A stretch of DNA of 64,000 nucleotides, taken from Prevotella sp. Lineage in GTDB: Bacteria > Bacteroidota > Bacteroidia > Bacteroidales > Bacteroidaceae. A program made the position numbers and the translations under genes. Where the stretch lies: assembly GCA_024688365.1 (NCBI GenBank), contig JAILEG010000041.1, positions 1,108 to 65,107 on the forward strand, written 5' to 3'. Position 1 is the stretch's first letter. Every line of letters begins with the position of its first letter. The notes beneath the pieces were generated by a model. That model made no database searches. It had not been told where the DNA came from and saw nothing but the letters and a program-made list of their open reading frames with translations. Positions 30,459 through 40,059 of the stretch are shown piece by piece.

Positions 30459-32389
30459 CTTTGAATAACGTTAACAGAGATAATCTTTGCGGGCACAGAA
30501 TCTTGTCAATCATGATTCTGTGCCTGTTTGGGCTATGGGCGGCGCAGCCGCTTCAGGCGCAGGGAATAGCGGCGAAGAAGGGCGACAAGTTCTTCATTGA
30601 CCATGCTGATAATCTGCGTCATAACCAGATGGCGATGCCCGATGTGCAGATTGCCAAGGGAAATGTGCGTTTCCGGTATAAGGGAATGACGCTGCGTTGT
30701 GACAGTGCTTACTTCAATGACAAGAGCAACTGGTTCAAGGCTTTCGGCCGTGTACACATGACGCGTCCCGGAGGGGTCACGTTCGACTGCCATCGGGCGC
30801 ATTATGATGGCATGACACAGATGATACATGCCCGTAAGAATGTGGTTGTCAGACAGCCGGGCCGTTCTCTGCGCTGTGACAGCCTGGACTATAACATGAC
30901 CTCCAACGTGGCCAATTATTTTGGAGGCAGGGGGACGTTGGTCTATAATGGCAACACGGTTGTTGCTGATCAGGGCGATTACAACACCGAGACTCATGAT
31001 GCCAACTTCTATGGCGATGTGGTGATGTACACCCCAAAGTACCGCATCAATACGCCTACAGCCCACGGCAACACTGAGACAGGGCTGGTACATGTAATGG
31101 GAAAGTCGGTCATCCGCACATCGAAAGGCGAGATTGTCCACACGAATGACGGAACCTATAACAGTAAGACTGACCACATGGAGCTGAACGGACGTTCTAC
31201 CATCACCTCCCCCCAGCGGGATGTTGAGGGTGACAACATCATCTATAACAGTACTACGGGTGACGCAGAGGGACATGGCAATGTGAAGATTGTCGACAAG
31301 CAGAACAACAGGACCATCACAGGGCAGGATGTGTTCTACAATGCCAAGACTGGCTATAGTGAGGGACATGGCAACGTCAGGATTGACGACCGTAAGGCCC
31401 AACGGGTGATAACGGGTGATGAGGTCATTTACAATGCCAGGACCGGACATAGTGAGGGACATGGCAATGTGAAGATCGTTGACAAGCTCAAGGAGCGTAC
31501 CGTCACCGGGCGTGACCTCTCCTATAACAGCAACACCCATGAAGGGACAGGTGAGGGCAACGTCTATTACATCGACCACAAGAGCAAGCATGCCTTTCAG
31601 GGCGACTATCTGCACTATACTGACTCTGCTGCCATTGCCTTTGGAGGCAAACCGGGCCCTGTTGCCAAGGACTTCTCCGAGGGCGACACGCTCTTCGTCC
31701 ATGCCGATACTATCAGCATGAAGGGGTTCCACATGAACACATCGCAGATGTACCGTGAGATATACGGTGTCAACAATGTCCGTGCCTATCGTACTGACGT
31801 GCAGGCTGTGTGTGGCTTCCTCGTTGCCAACACGAGGGATTCCTGCATGACGATGTACGATTATCCCATTGTGTGGAGTGGCAACCGGCAGTTAGTGGGC
31901 GACTCCATTAAGGCATACATGAATGACTCAACCATCCGGCAGGCATATATCTATGGCAATGCGTTCTCTATCGAGGAATTGCCGGACAGGACACACTACA
32001 ATCAGATTTCCTCCAAGGACATGCGTGCCGACTTCATTGACGGTGCTGTGCGCCGTGTGGATGCGTGGGGCAATGTTGAGATTATCTTCTATCATACAGA
32101 CAAGAAGGACAGCACGCTCATCGGGCATGACTATACGGAGACCGACACGCTCCGGATGTACATCTCCCCACAGAGGAAGTTGCAGAAGATATGGATGTCT
32201 AAGACGAATGGGGTCATAAGCCCGATGACGCAGATTCCGCAGGACAGGCTGCGGCTGCCCCATTTTGAGTGGTTTGCCGATGTCCGGCCGAAGGATAAAA
32301 CTGATATTTTCCGTCCCGCGGCACGCAAGACCAGCGCAACGGTGCGTAATGCGCAGGTTCCGGCTCCACCCCGTCAGCATGTAGAATAA
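30455..32389 (+). CDS. OstA/LptA-like beta-jellyroll protein with internal repeats (start at ATG 30455 overlapping upstream TGA)
   Basis: GNVRF...LRCDSAYF...FKAFGRV OstA-like strands; DTLFVHADT; 31-aa repeats. Confidence 0.8.
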   Translation: MTLNNVNRDNLCGHRILSIMILCLFGLWAAQPLQAQGIAAKKGDKFFIDHADNLRHNQMAMPDVQIAKGNVRFRYKGMTLRCDSAYFNDKSNWFKAFGRVHMTRPGGVTFDCHRAHYDGMTQMIHARKNVVVRQPGRSLRCDSLDYNMTSNVANYFGGRGTLVYNGNTVVADQGDYNTETHDANFYGDVVMYTPKYRINTPTAHGNTETGLVHVMGKSVIRTSKGEIVHTNDGTYNSKTDHMELNGRSTITSPQRDVEGDNIIYNSTTGDAEGHGNVKIVDKQNNRTITGQDVFYNAKTGYSEGHGNVRIDDRKAQRVITGDEVIYNARTGHSEGHGNVKIVDKLKERTVTGRDLSYNSNTHEGTGEGNVYYIDHKSKHAFQGDYLHYTDSAAIAFGGKPGPVAKDFSEGDTLFVHADTISMKGFHMNTSQMYREIYGVNNVRAYRTDVQAVCGFLVANTRDSCMTMYDYPIVWSGNRQLVGDSIKAYMNDSTIRQAYIYGNAFSIEELPDRTHYNQISSKDMRADFIDGAVRRVDAWGNVEIIFYHTDKKDSTLIGHDYTETDTLRMYISPQRKLQKIWMSKTNGVISPMTQIPQDRLRLPHFEWFADVRPKDKTDIFRPAARKTSATVRNAQVPAPPRQHVE

Positions 32390-32392
32390 GAT

Positions 32393-32689
32393 ATGGTGTT
32401 CTTCTTTCAACCGTCCCGTCCTCGCCGTTTCCATCATGAGTACATGTTCGTTGATGAGCGGAAGGAACAGCTACAGGAGCTGGAACGCCGAGCCCGGCAG
32501 GAACTGGAAGGCAAGATGCCGCCATCAGACGATTATCAGGCCTCCCTGCGCCGTCGCCTTTCCGGCAGTCTGCAGCCCAAAGTACTGCGGCACCGTAAGA
32601 ACCGTTTTGTGGGCTTATGGATGTCATTGGTGTTCGCTGCGGGGGTGTTGGTGCTTCTTTTCTTGTTTGTTTATAGTTTAATCGGATAG
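32393..32689 (+). CDS. Small hypothetical membrane protein
   Basis: Tightly packed between OstA-like gene and mutL; C-terminal hydrophobic helix. Confidence 0.7.
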   Translation: MVFFFQPSRPRRFHHEYMFVDERKEQLQELERRARQELEGKMPPSDDYQASLRRRLSGSLQPKVLRHRKNRFVGLWMSLVFAAGVLVLLFLFVYSLIG

Positions 32690-32692
32690 AAC

Positions 32693-34558
32693 ATGAGCGA
32701 CATTATACAACTTTTACCTGACAGTGTAGCTAACCAGATAGCGGCCGGAGAGGTCATCCAGCGTCCCGCCTCAGTCATCAAGGAGCTGGTGGAGAATGCT
32801 GTTGATGCAGGTGCCAGGACCATCAATGTGCTGGTGGTTGATGCTGGGCGCACTTCGATTCAGGTCATTGATGATGGTAAGGGCATGTCAGAGACCGATG
32901 CCCGACTGTCATTCGAGCGTCATGCCACGTCGAAGATCCGCAAGGCCGATGACCTTTTCTCCCTTCACACAATGGGCTTCAGAGGAGAAGCTTTGGCATC
33001 AATAGCGGCTGTGGCGCAGATTGAGTTGCGGACACGCATGGAGAGCGATGAGCTTGGGACGCATCTGTCCATTGCCGGCAGCCGTTTCACGGGGCAGGAG
33101 CCTTGCTCCTGTCCTGTGGGCAGTAATTTCCTGGTGGAGAATCTGTTTTATAATGTTCCGGCCCGGCGCAAGTTCCTGAAGTCAAACACGACGGAGCTGA
33201 ACAACATCATCACTGCATTTGAGCGTATAGTCCTGGTCTATCCCCACATTGCCTTCACCCTGCACAGCAACGGGACTGAGCTTTTCAGCCTGCGTGCCTG
33301 CAACTTCCGTCAGCGTATAGTTGAGGTGTTCGGCAAGCGGCTCAACCAGGATCTCCTGCCGATAGGCGTCGATACGTCCTTATGCCGCATTCATGGCTTT
33401 GTAGGCAAGCCGGAGTCTGCCCGTAAGAAGGCTCCTCAGCAATACTTCTTTGTCAATGACCGTTACATGAAGCATCCTTATTTCCATAAGGCGGTCATCA
33501 CGGCTTTTGACAGGCTTATCCCCCAAGGCGAGCAGGTGCCTTACTTCCTTTACTTTGAGGTACCTGCGGAGAATATTGACGTGAACATCCATCCTACTAA
33601 GACCGAGATTAAATTTGAGAACGAGCAGGCCATCTGGCAGATTCTCCTTGCTGCGGTCAAGGAGGCGGTCGGCAAGTTCAATGATGTCCCGGCTATTGAT
33701 TTTGATACTGAAGGGAAACCTGACATTCCTGTCTTCAATCCCAATATGGGCATGCCTGCACCAAAGCTTGACTTCAATCCGCAGTATAATCCTTTCAAGC
33801 AGACCGCCCAGTCACGCAAGCCTGTGGCTCCGGAAGGATGGGAGGGGCTATATGCAGGTTTGGGGACTGAGCCGGAAATCCGCCAGTCCGACCTGTTCGG
33901 GCAGGATGATATGGCGGCGGGAGCTGATGGGGACGGTACGATTGTGCCATCAGCAGCCACAGCACCTGCGGCAGAGTCGATGATAGAGGAGAAGTCGCCC
34001 TCACATTACCAGTACAAGGGTAGCTACATCATGACAGCTGTGAAGTCGGGACTGATGATCATCGACCAGCATCGCGCGCACGTACGTATATTATATGAGG
34101 AGTATCTCCGGCAGTTGTCCGCACACAAGAGCCACTCGCAGAAGGTGCTTTTCCCTGAGATGGTGCAGTTCTCAGCCGCTGATACGGTGACGCTTGAGAA
34201 GATTCTCCCAGAGATGGCTGAGATGGGGTTCCAGCTTGACAGTCTTGGTGGTGGCAGCTATGCCGTCAATGCCGTCCCGGCTGGCATCGAAGGGCTGAAC
34301 ATCGTCATGCTGATTAATGACATGGTGGCTTCAGTCACAGAGAAGGGCACCGGTGTGAAGGACGAGATTGACCGCACGCTGGCCCTGAGCCTTGCCCGCA
34401 ACGCTGCCATTCCACAGGGACAAGTGCTTGGTAACACGGAGATGGAGAATATCGTCAATGAGCTTTTCGCTTGCAGTAATGTCAACTACACACCTTCAGG
34501 AAAGCCTGTTATCGCTATCATGAAGCAGCAGGACATAGAGCGTCTTTTTGGCAGCTGA
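32693..34558 (+). CDS. mutL: DNA mismatch repair protein MutL
   Basis: [49 protein letters not shown] endonuclease-type motif. Confidence 0.97.
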   Translation: MSDIIQLLPDSVANQIAAGEVIQRPASVIKELVENAVDAGARTINVLVVDAGRTSIQVIDDGKGMSETDARLSFERHATSKIRKADDLFSLHTMGFRGEALASIAAVAQIELRTRMESDELGTHLSIAGSRFTGQEPCSCPVGSNFLVENLFYNVPARRKFLKSNTTELNNIITAFERIVLVYPHIAFTLHSNGTELFSLRACNFRQRIVEVFGKRLNQDLLPIGVDTSLCRIHGFVGKPESARKKAPQQYFFVNDRYMKHPYFHKAVITAFDRLIPQGEQVPYFLYFEVPAENIDVNIHPTKTEIKFENEQAIWQILLAAVKEAVGKFNDVPAIDFDTEGKPDIPVFNPNMGMPAPKLDFNPQYNPFKQTAQSRKPVAPEGWEGLYAGLGTEPEIRQSDLFGQDDMAAGADGDGTIVPSAATAPAAESMIEEKSPSHYQYKGSYIMTAVKSGLMIIDQHRAHVRILYEEYLRQLSAHKSHSQKVLFPEMVQFSAADTVTLEKILPEMAEMGFQLDSLGGGSYAVNAVPAGIEGLNIVMLINDMVASVTEKGTGVKDEIDRTLALSLARNAAIPQGQVLGNTEMENIVNELFACSNVNYTPSGKPVIAIMKQQDIERLFGS

Positions 34559-34855
34559 CAGGCTGCGGGCAGTATCATGGGATAGTGCCGGAAGGCCATT
34601 GTGTGGTCTCTCTTTGTGCGGAAGGGCGATTTGTGACAGCTTGACTTATAGCTTTTTGGCTCATTTTGCCGGGTTCATCTTCCGTTTTCCGCTTTCTGAT
34701 GCCCTCCAAAGTTAAATAATTCATTTTTTTTTGAAATAAAAGACCATATTAAAAATTAATTGTTAACTTTGTACCCGTATTCACATGCGAAGCTTGTTAA
34801 TCACTAATTATTAGAATATTAAGAACAAATTTAGATTGTTAAATAAATAAAGGTT

Positions 34856-36019
34856 ATGAAAAAATTATTAATGGTATTGGCATTTGCTGGCGCATCAGTT
34901 GCTGGCTTTGCACAGGACAACGCTCTTACTGAGAAGTACAGCGTAGCAACAAACTCATTCTGGAGCAACTGGTTCGTCCAGGTTGGTGCTGATTGGAATG
35001 CTTATTATTCAAATCAGGAGCATGGCCGCGGCGCTTCAACAAGTCCTCTGAAGGGCTTCCGCTCAAATCCAGGTGCGTCTCTGGCTATCGGTAAGTGGTT
35101 TACACCAGGTCTCGGTCTCCGTACAAAGGTACAGGGTATCTGGGGCAAGCGCGTAGGTGCCACAAGCGATCCTGCTTCCCGTCTGGATAATGGCAACAAG
35201 TACTGGCTCGCTCAGGAGCAGGTAATGTTCAACTTGAGCAACCTTTTCTGTGGTTACAATGAGAACCGTGTATGGAATGTTATTCCATTCGCAGGTGCTG
35301 GTGTTGGCCGCTCAATGACCGCTGACCGTTACGCTATGGGTCTGAGTGTTGGTCTCCAGTCTTCTTGGAAGCTGAGCAAGCTCCTCAACGTTTATCTTGA
35401 GGCTGGCTGGAACCGTTTCGAGGGTGACATTGATGGCTTCGGTGGTGCTGACTTAAACGAGCGTGGTTGGGACTCTCATGACAACAACCTCTATGCTGAA
35501 GTTGGTTTGAACTTCAACCTTGGTAAGGCTACTTGGAACAAGGTGCCAGATGTTGACGCTCTCAACGCACAGCACCAGTCTGCTCTTGACGCTCTGAATG
35601 CTAAGCTCCGTGATGCTGAGGCTGAGAATGCCCGTCTGCGTGACGCACTTGCTAACCAGAAGCCTGTTGAGACTCCATCTGAGTCAGTTAAGCAGCTCGT
35701 TAACACTCCGGTATCTGTATTCTTCAACATCAACAAGTCTACTATCGCATCTCAGAAGGACCTCGTAAACGTACAGGCTCTTGCTAAGTATGCTAAGGAC
35801 AACAACAACAACCTCCTCGTTACAGGTTATGCTGACAGTGCTACTGGTTCTGCAGCTTACAACCAGAAGCTCTCTGAGAAGCGTGCAGCAGCTGTTGCTA
35901 ACGAGCTTGTCAAGATGGGTGTTGAGGACAACAAGATTTCTTGTGTTGGTAAGGGTGGTGTTGAGACTCTGTCTCCTATCTCTTTCAACCGTCGTGCTAC
36001 TGTTCAGGTTGCTGAGTAA
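34856..36019 (+). CDS. OmpA family outer membrane protein
   Basis: Signal peptide, beta-barrel N-domain, GYADSATGSAAYNQKLSEKRA OmpA-C motif, NRRA; strong codon bias; -7 box TAACTTTG at 34764-34771. Confidence 0.92.
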   Translation: MKKLLMVLAFAGASVAGFAQDNALTEKYSVATNSFWSNWFVQVGADWNAYYSNQEHGRGASTSPLKGFRSNPGASLAIGKWFTPGLGLRTKVQGIWGKRVGATSDPASRLDNGNKYWLAQEQVMFNLSNLFCGYNENRVWNVIPFAGAGVGRSMTADRYAMGLSVGLQSSWKLSKLLNVYLEAGWNRFEGDIDGFGGADLNERGWDSHDNNLYAEVGLNFNLGKATWNKVPDVDALNAQHQSALDALNAKLRDAEAENARLRDALANQKPVETPSESVKQLVNTPVSVFFNINKSTIASQKDLVNVQALAKYAKDNNNNLLVTGYADSATGSAAYNQKLSEKRAAAVANELVKMGVEDNKISCVGKGGVETLSPISFNRRATVQVAE

Positions 36020-36046
36020 TCGGACAAGTCAATTATCGACTGAATA

Positions 36047-36087
36047 TAAAAGAAAGGTGCTTCCCATTTGGGAGGCATCTTTTTTTA
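36047..36087 (+). terminator. Intrinsic terminator after ompA-like gene
   Basis: AAAGGTGCTTCCC-ATTT-GGGAGGCATCTTTTTTT. Confidence 0.75.
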
Positions 36088-36274
36088 TTTCCAGCCTGGT
36101 GGGGAAGATATGTCTGAACGTACGGCACGTAAGTTGGCCGGACGTCTTAGGATGCGCTCAGCTGAACAGGCAATCTGGCGAATCGGCATCTGCCAGCTTT
36201 ACAATGGCTGTCGCCCGTATCTTACCAGAAGGCTTGGCTTGCCCTGGGGGGAGACTTGGGGGCGGGGCACAGGA

Positions 36275-36340
36275 GTACTTCATAAGAAGTACTTGAAAAC
36301 TTCGGCTGCAATACTCCAGTACTTCCCGTGAAGTATTCTG
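36275..36340 (+). repeat. Intergenic repeat family B, copy 2
   Basis: 22-bp units at 36275, 36297 and 36319 (ACTTCGGCTGCAATACTCCAGTACTTC shared with 63314-63340). Confidence 0.85.
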
Positions 36341-36549
36341 CTGGAGATGGACTGCGCTCTCTTTGCGGGTCACTGTCGGTGTAAGAGAAGGTCACTGATT
36401 ATGGTGACTGGCAGTGCCTGTGAGGCAGTTGCTGCCTACCTACTTTATGGTATTTCGGCTTTAAAAAAGATAAAATGAGCGGATTTGTCTTATACTTTTT
36501 AGTACTTTTGCAGTCTGATACAAAAGAATATTTTTAAGGTAAACAGATT

Positions 36550-36957
36550 ATGATCAAGAAGCAAATAGCAGCAATGGCTATGGTAGCCGTGATGGCTACA
36601 GGTGTGGCTTTCGCCGCAGTCCAGCAGGGAAAGGTTATGTACAGGCAGGCTGACGGTACGTATGTTGTCAACACAACCAGCCTCACTGCAAACGTCAAGG
36701 GATTCAGGGGTGCTACACCCCTGGAGGTGTATATCAAGAACAACAAGGTGGTGAAGATCCAGGCACTGCCCAATCATGAGACTCCAAAGTTCTTTGCCCT
36801 GGTGAAGAAGACCTTGCTGCCAAAGTTTGAGGAAATGAAGGTCAGCAAGGCTGCCAAGGCGCAGGCTGTCGACGGTGCTACGGGTGCTACTTACTCTTCA
36901 AGGGCCTTTAAGGCTAACGTTGCTGCTGCCGTGGCTTATTACAAGAAGCACAAGTAA
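36550..36957 (+). CDS. Exported FMN-binding domain protein
   Basis: Signal peptide; VKGFRG..., HETPKF, VDGATGATYSS flavinylation-type motif. Confidence 0.85.
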   Translation: MIKKQIAAMAMVAVMATGVAFAAVQQGKVMYRQADGTYVVNTTSLTANVKGFRGATPLEVYIKNNKVVKIQALPNHETPKFFALVKKTLLPKFEEMKVSKAAKAQAVDGATGATYSSRAFKANVAAAVAYYKKHK

Positions 36958-37034
36958 AGAGATGAGCCTCTGTCCCGTTTTCTACCGTGAGGAGAGATCG
37001 GTTGGGGAGGCTCGGACAGTTTGGTTTGATATAG

Positions 37035-37132
37035 AAAGAGGTTCATCTGCCCAATGGCAAATGAACCTCTTTCCGTTTTGAAAGTCTGTGGGGAGGGGAG
37101 AATCTCCGCCTGAGAGATTCTCCCTTTTCTCC
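37035..37132. terminator. Two hairpins between convergent FMN-binding gene and asd
   Basis: AAAGAGGTTCATCTGCC...GGCAAATGAACCTCTTT and GGGGAGAATCTC...GAGATTCTCCCT. Confidence 0.6.
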
Positions 37133-37134
37133 TG

Positions 37135-38148
37135 TCATTTCACGTTCCCTACCTTGATCAGATACTCTGCAATCTGTACGGCATTGAGTGCTGCACCCTT
37201 GCGGATCTGGTCACCAGTGAGCCAAAGCGTGTTGCCATTGTCATCGGCAAGATCCTTGCGGACGCGGCCTACATAGACATCATCGTGTCCTGCACTCTCC
37301 AGTGGCATCGGGTAGACATAGTTCTGTGGGTCGTCAACGAGGGTTACACCGGGAGCGGCCTTGAGAGCCTCACGAATCTCCTCAACGGAGAGAGGACGCT
37401 CAGTCTCAAACCATACCGATTCTGAGTGGCTGCGGAGGGAGGATACGCGGACGCAGGTGGCTGAGGTGCGGACATCAGAGTGCATGATCTTACGCGTCTC
37501 ATTGAACATCTTCATCTCTTCCTTCGTATAGTCATTCTCCGTCATCTTGTCAATCTGCGGAATGACATTGTAAGCCAGCTGGTGTGGGAACTTCTCAATG
37601 GTCTTCACCTCACCTGTCTCAACCAGCTCCTTATACTGCTGCTGCAGCTCCTGCATGGCTGCCGCACCGGCACCGGAGGCACTCTGATAGCTGCTGACGT
37701 GGATTTTCCTGATGTGGCTGAGCTTGTCAATCGGGTTCAGCGCAACCACCATCATGATGGTGGTGCAGTTGGGGTTGGCGATGATGCCACGTGGCCGGAC
37801 AAGTGCGTCCTCGGGATTAATCTCAGGAACCACCAATGGCACATCAGAATCCTGACGGAACTGGCTGGAGTTGTCAATCATCACGGCACCATACTTGGTG
37901 ATTGTCTCAGCGAACTCGGCTGATGTGCCGCCGCCTGCACTTGTGAAAGCAATATCCACATCCTTGAAGTCATCATTATGCTGAAGGAGCCTCACCTCAT
38001 ATTCCTTACCCTTGAAGGTATATTTTCGTCCGGCTGAACGCTTAGAGCCAAACAGTACCAAGTCATCCATCGGGAAATTTCTCTCTGCCAGAATACGCAG
38101 GAACTCCTGTCCCACTGCGCCGCTGGCGCCAACAATTGCTACTTTCAT
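37135..38148 (-). CDS. asd: Aspartate-semialdehyde dehydrogenase (start moved to ATG 38148)
   Basis: [47 protein letters not shown]. Confidence 0.97.
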   Translation of the reverse strand: MKVAIVGASGAVGQEFLRILAERNFPMDDLVLFGSKRSAGRKYTFKGKEYEVRLLQHNDDFKDVDIAFTSAGGGTSAEFAETITKYGAVMIDNSSQFRQDSDVPLVVPEINPEDALVRPRGIIANPNCTTIMMVVALNPIDKLSHIRKIHVSSYQSASGAGAAAMQELQQQYKELVETGEVKTIEKFPHQLAYNVIPQIDKMTENDYTKEEMKMFNETRKIMHSDVRTSATCVRVSSLRSHSESVWFETERPLSVEEIREALKAAPGVTLVDDPQNYVYPMPLESAGHDDVYVGRVRKDLADDNGNTLWLTGDQIRKGAALNAVQIAEYLIKVGNVK

Positions 38149-38285
38149 AACTTCTTTCTTTATTTGTTTAATATACCTTTCGTTTGCAAAATTACAGTTT
38201 TTCCTGCAATAATAGCTGCAAAGTGTCAGATTTCTTGCTTTCTGATGTTGAAAAATGTTATTGCCGGCTGCTGCAGGCCTTCTCT

Positions 38286-39035
38286 TCACACGCCAATGAG
38301 TCCCAGCCTGCGCGCAATGCTGACAGCCTCGGCCGTATTGGCAGCATGCAGCTTCTCCCTGATGTTGGCCCGGTGCCGGCTGACGGTATTGAAGCTGATG
38401 TTCAGGTGGTCGGCAATCATCTTGCTTGACAGTCCTTGGTCAATGCCTCTGAGTATCTCCTTCTCCCGTTTGGAGAGGATGTCGGCATAGTCAGCTTTCC
38501 GCAGCTTCAGTTCCTCACCTGTGGCCGTATTGATGATTTTGTTGTGGGCATTGTCCCTGCAGAGAGTGTAGATGCAGAGCGCAAAACGCATGTGGTGCTT
38601 CTCGTCCACCTGAAGGTAGGAGATGCTGTGGGTCATGGGATGATAGACTCCCCTTGCGTCCCTCATGCGGAGGGTGCTGCGGTAGATATAGTCGGTGACG
38701 TTCTCTGGGCTGATGTTCGTCAGGAAGTAATAGAACTTCAGCTCATCGGCCTGCTTGGCTACAAGGTCATCGGGATGGATGCGGCACATGATCTCCTCTT
38801 CCCAGATGGAGGGAATGGAGTGATGGGCACCGTGTGGGGCTATGCCCAGGAGGTCACCGGCCTTTCCGTAGAATATCTCGCTCTCCTGCCGCTTCATGTC
38901 GCTCAGCACGGCGATGGCATTCTCCACCTCCGCATAGGCTGCTGCGGTGGCAGCAAGAGCGGCTCTGTCGGGCAGGGAGCTGCCTGTGCGTGCCTGAAGG
39001 GTCAGGGTGTTGTTGAGCTGTGGGTTTATTTTCAT
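38286..39035 (-). CDS. LuxR-family transcriptional regulator with N-terminal PAS-like domain
   Basis: RIHPDD PAS-like motif; LSKREKEIL...[29 protein letters not shown]. Confidence 0.88.
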   Translation of the reverse strand: MKINPQLNNTLTLQARTGSSLPDRAALAATAAAYAEVENAIAVLSDMKRQESEIFYGKAGDLLGIAPHGAHHSIPSIWEEEIMCRIHPDDLVAKQADELKFYYFLTNISPENVTDYIYRSTLRMRDARGVYHPMTHSISYLQVDEKHHMRFALCIYTLCRDNAHNKIINTATGEELKLRKADYADILSKREKEILRGIDQGLSSKMIADHLNISFNTVSRHRANIREKLHAANTAEAVSIARRLGLIGV

Positions 39036-39144
39036 AACGGATGTGCGAATATAGTCATTTTTGATTATTGCCCTCTTTCGGCAATATGTCTATCTTTGCA
39101 TTATCCTTGCAAAGGTAAAAAAGTTATTTAATAAGACATATTTT

Positions 39145-39792
39145 ATGAGAAGATTATTTTCCCTTCTGTTGCTTTCAGTAGCCTGCCTTGCAGTACAGGC
39201 GCAGGACTTACGCAAATTCCAGTGGTTCAACCAGCCCGACTCATCCGTGGTGCAGCGCAGCAGCATGACGATGATGGTGCCAGCCCATTGCGACTACTGG
39301 CGTATCTCACATTACGGCTTTACGGTTGACGACGCACCTTTCTACTATGGAGTGTGGGGCGGTGAGTTTGAGGCAAAGGTGAAGATATCGGGTGACTACA
39401 AGACCCGCTTTGACCAGGCGTGCCTGATGGTGCGCATTGACAAGGAGAACTATCTCAAGGCCGGTATAGAGTATGTTGACGGAAAGTACAACATCAGCTG
39501 CGTGGTGACCCACCACACGAGCGACTGGAGCGTGATGGCACTTGACAAGCCCGTTGACCACATCTGGATCAAGGCTGTCCGCAGGCTGGATGCCATTGAG
39601 ATTTTCTATTCTTTTGATGATGTGAATTATGTGATGATGCGCAACTGCTGGATGGCCGACAATACACCTGTGCAGGTGGGCGTGGCTGCTGCCAGCCCCG
39701 ATGGCAATGGCTTCAAGGCCAGGTTTGACAACTTCGAGGTGAGGCATCTGGCTGATCAGCGGCGGCTGGAGTGGCTGAAGAACCACCAGTAA
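39145..39792 (+). CDS. DUF1349 (concanavalin-like) exported protein
   Basis: DYWRISHYGF, FDQACLMV, KAGIEY, SDWS, ASPDG motifs; signal peptide from ATG 39145. Confidence 0.8.
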   Translation: MRRLFSLLLLSVACLAVQAQDLRKFQWFNQPDSSVVQRSSMTMMVPAHCDYWRISHYGFTVDDAPFYYGVWGGEFEAKVKISGDYKTRFDQACLMVRIDKENYLKAGIEYVDGKYNISCVVTHHTSDWSVMALDKPVDHIWIKAVRRLDAIEIFYSFDDVNYVMMRNCWMADNTPVQVGVAAASPDGNGFKARFDNFEVRHLADQRRLEWLKNHQ

Positions 39793-40059
39793 TGAACTGT
39801 CGGGCGAGTGTCTCCGGAGGTGTTTCGGGGGGGGGCTGTTCGCCTTTGCTTGCCTGCATTGACGAGGTGGGTCATAGCCCAGGGATATGGGACGGACAGC
39901 CTCGTCATTCTCTTTTACGGTCATCTTCCCGGCAGATGCGGGACATCATTATTGGCTTTGGTTGGTTGGACAGTGTGAAAATGGCTTTAAAATATCTTGT
40001 CTAATCTTTGCATTACGGGCAAAAATCTTTATCTTTGCAGATATTTATAGCTGGTATCA

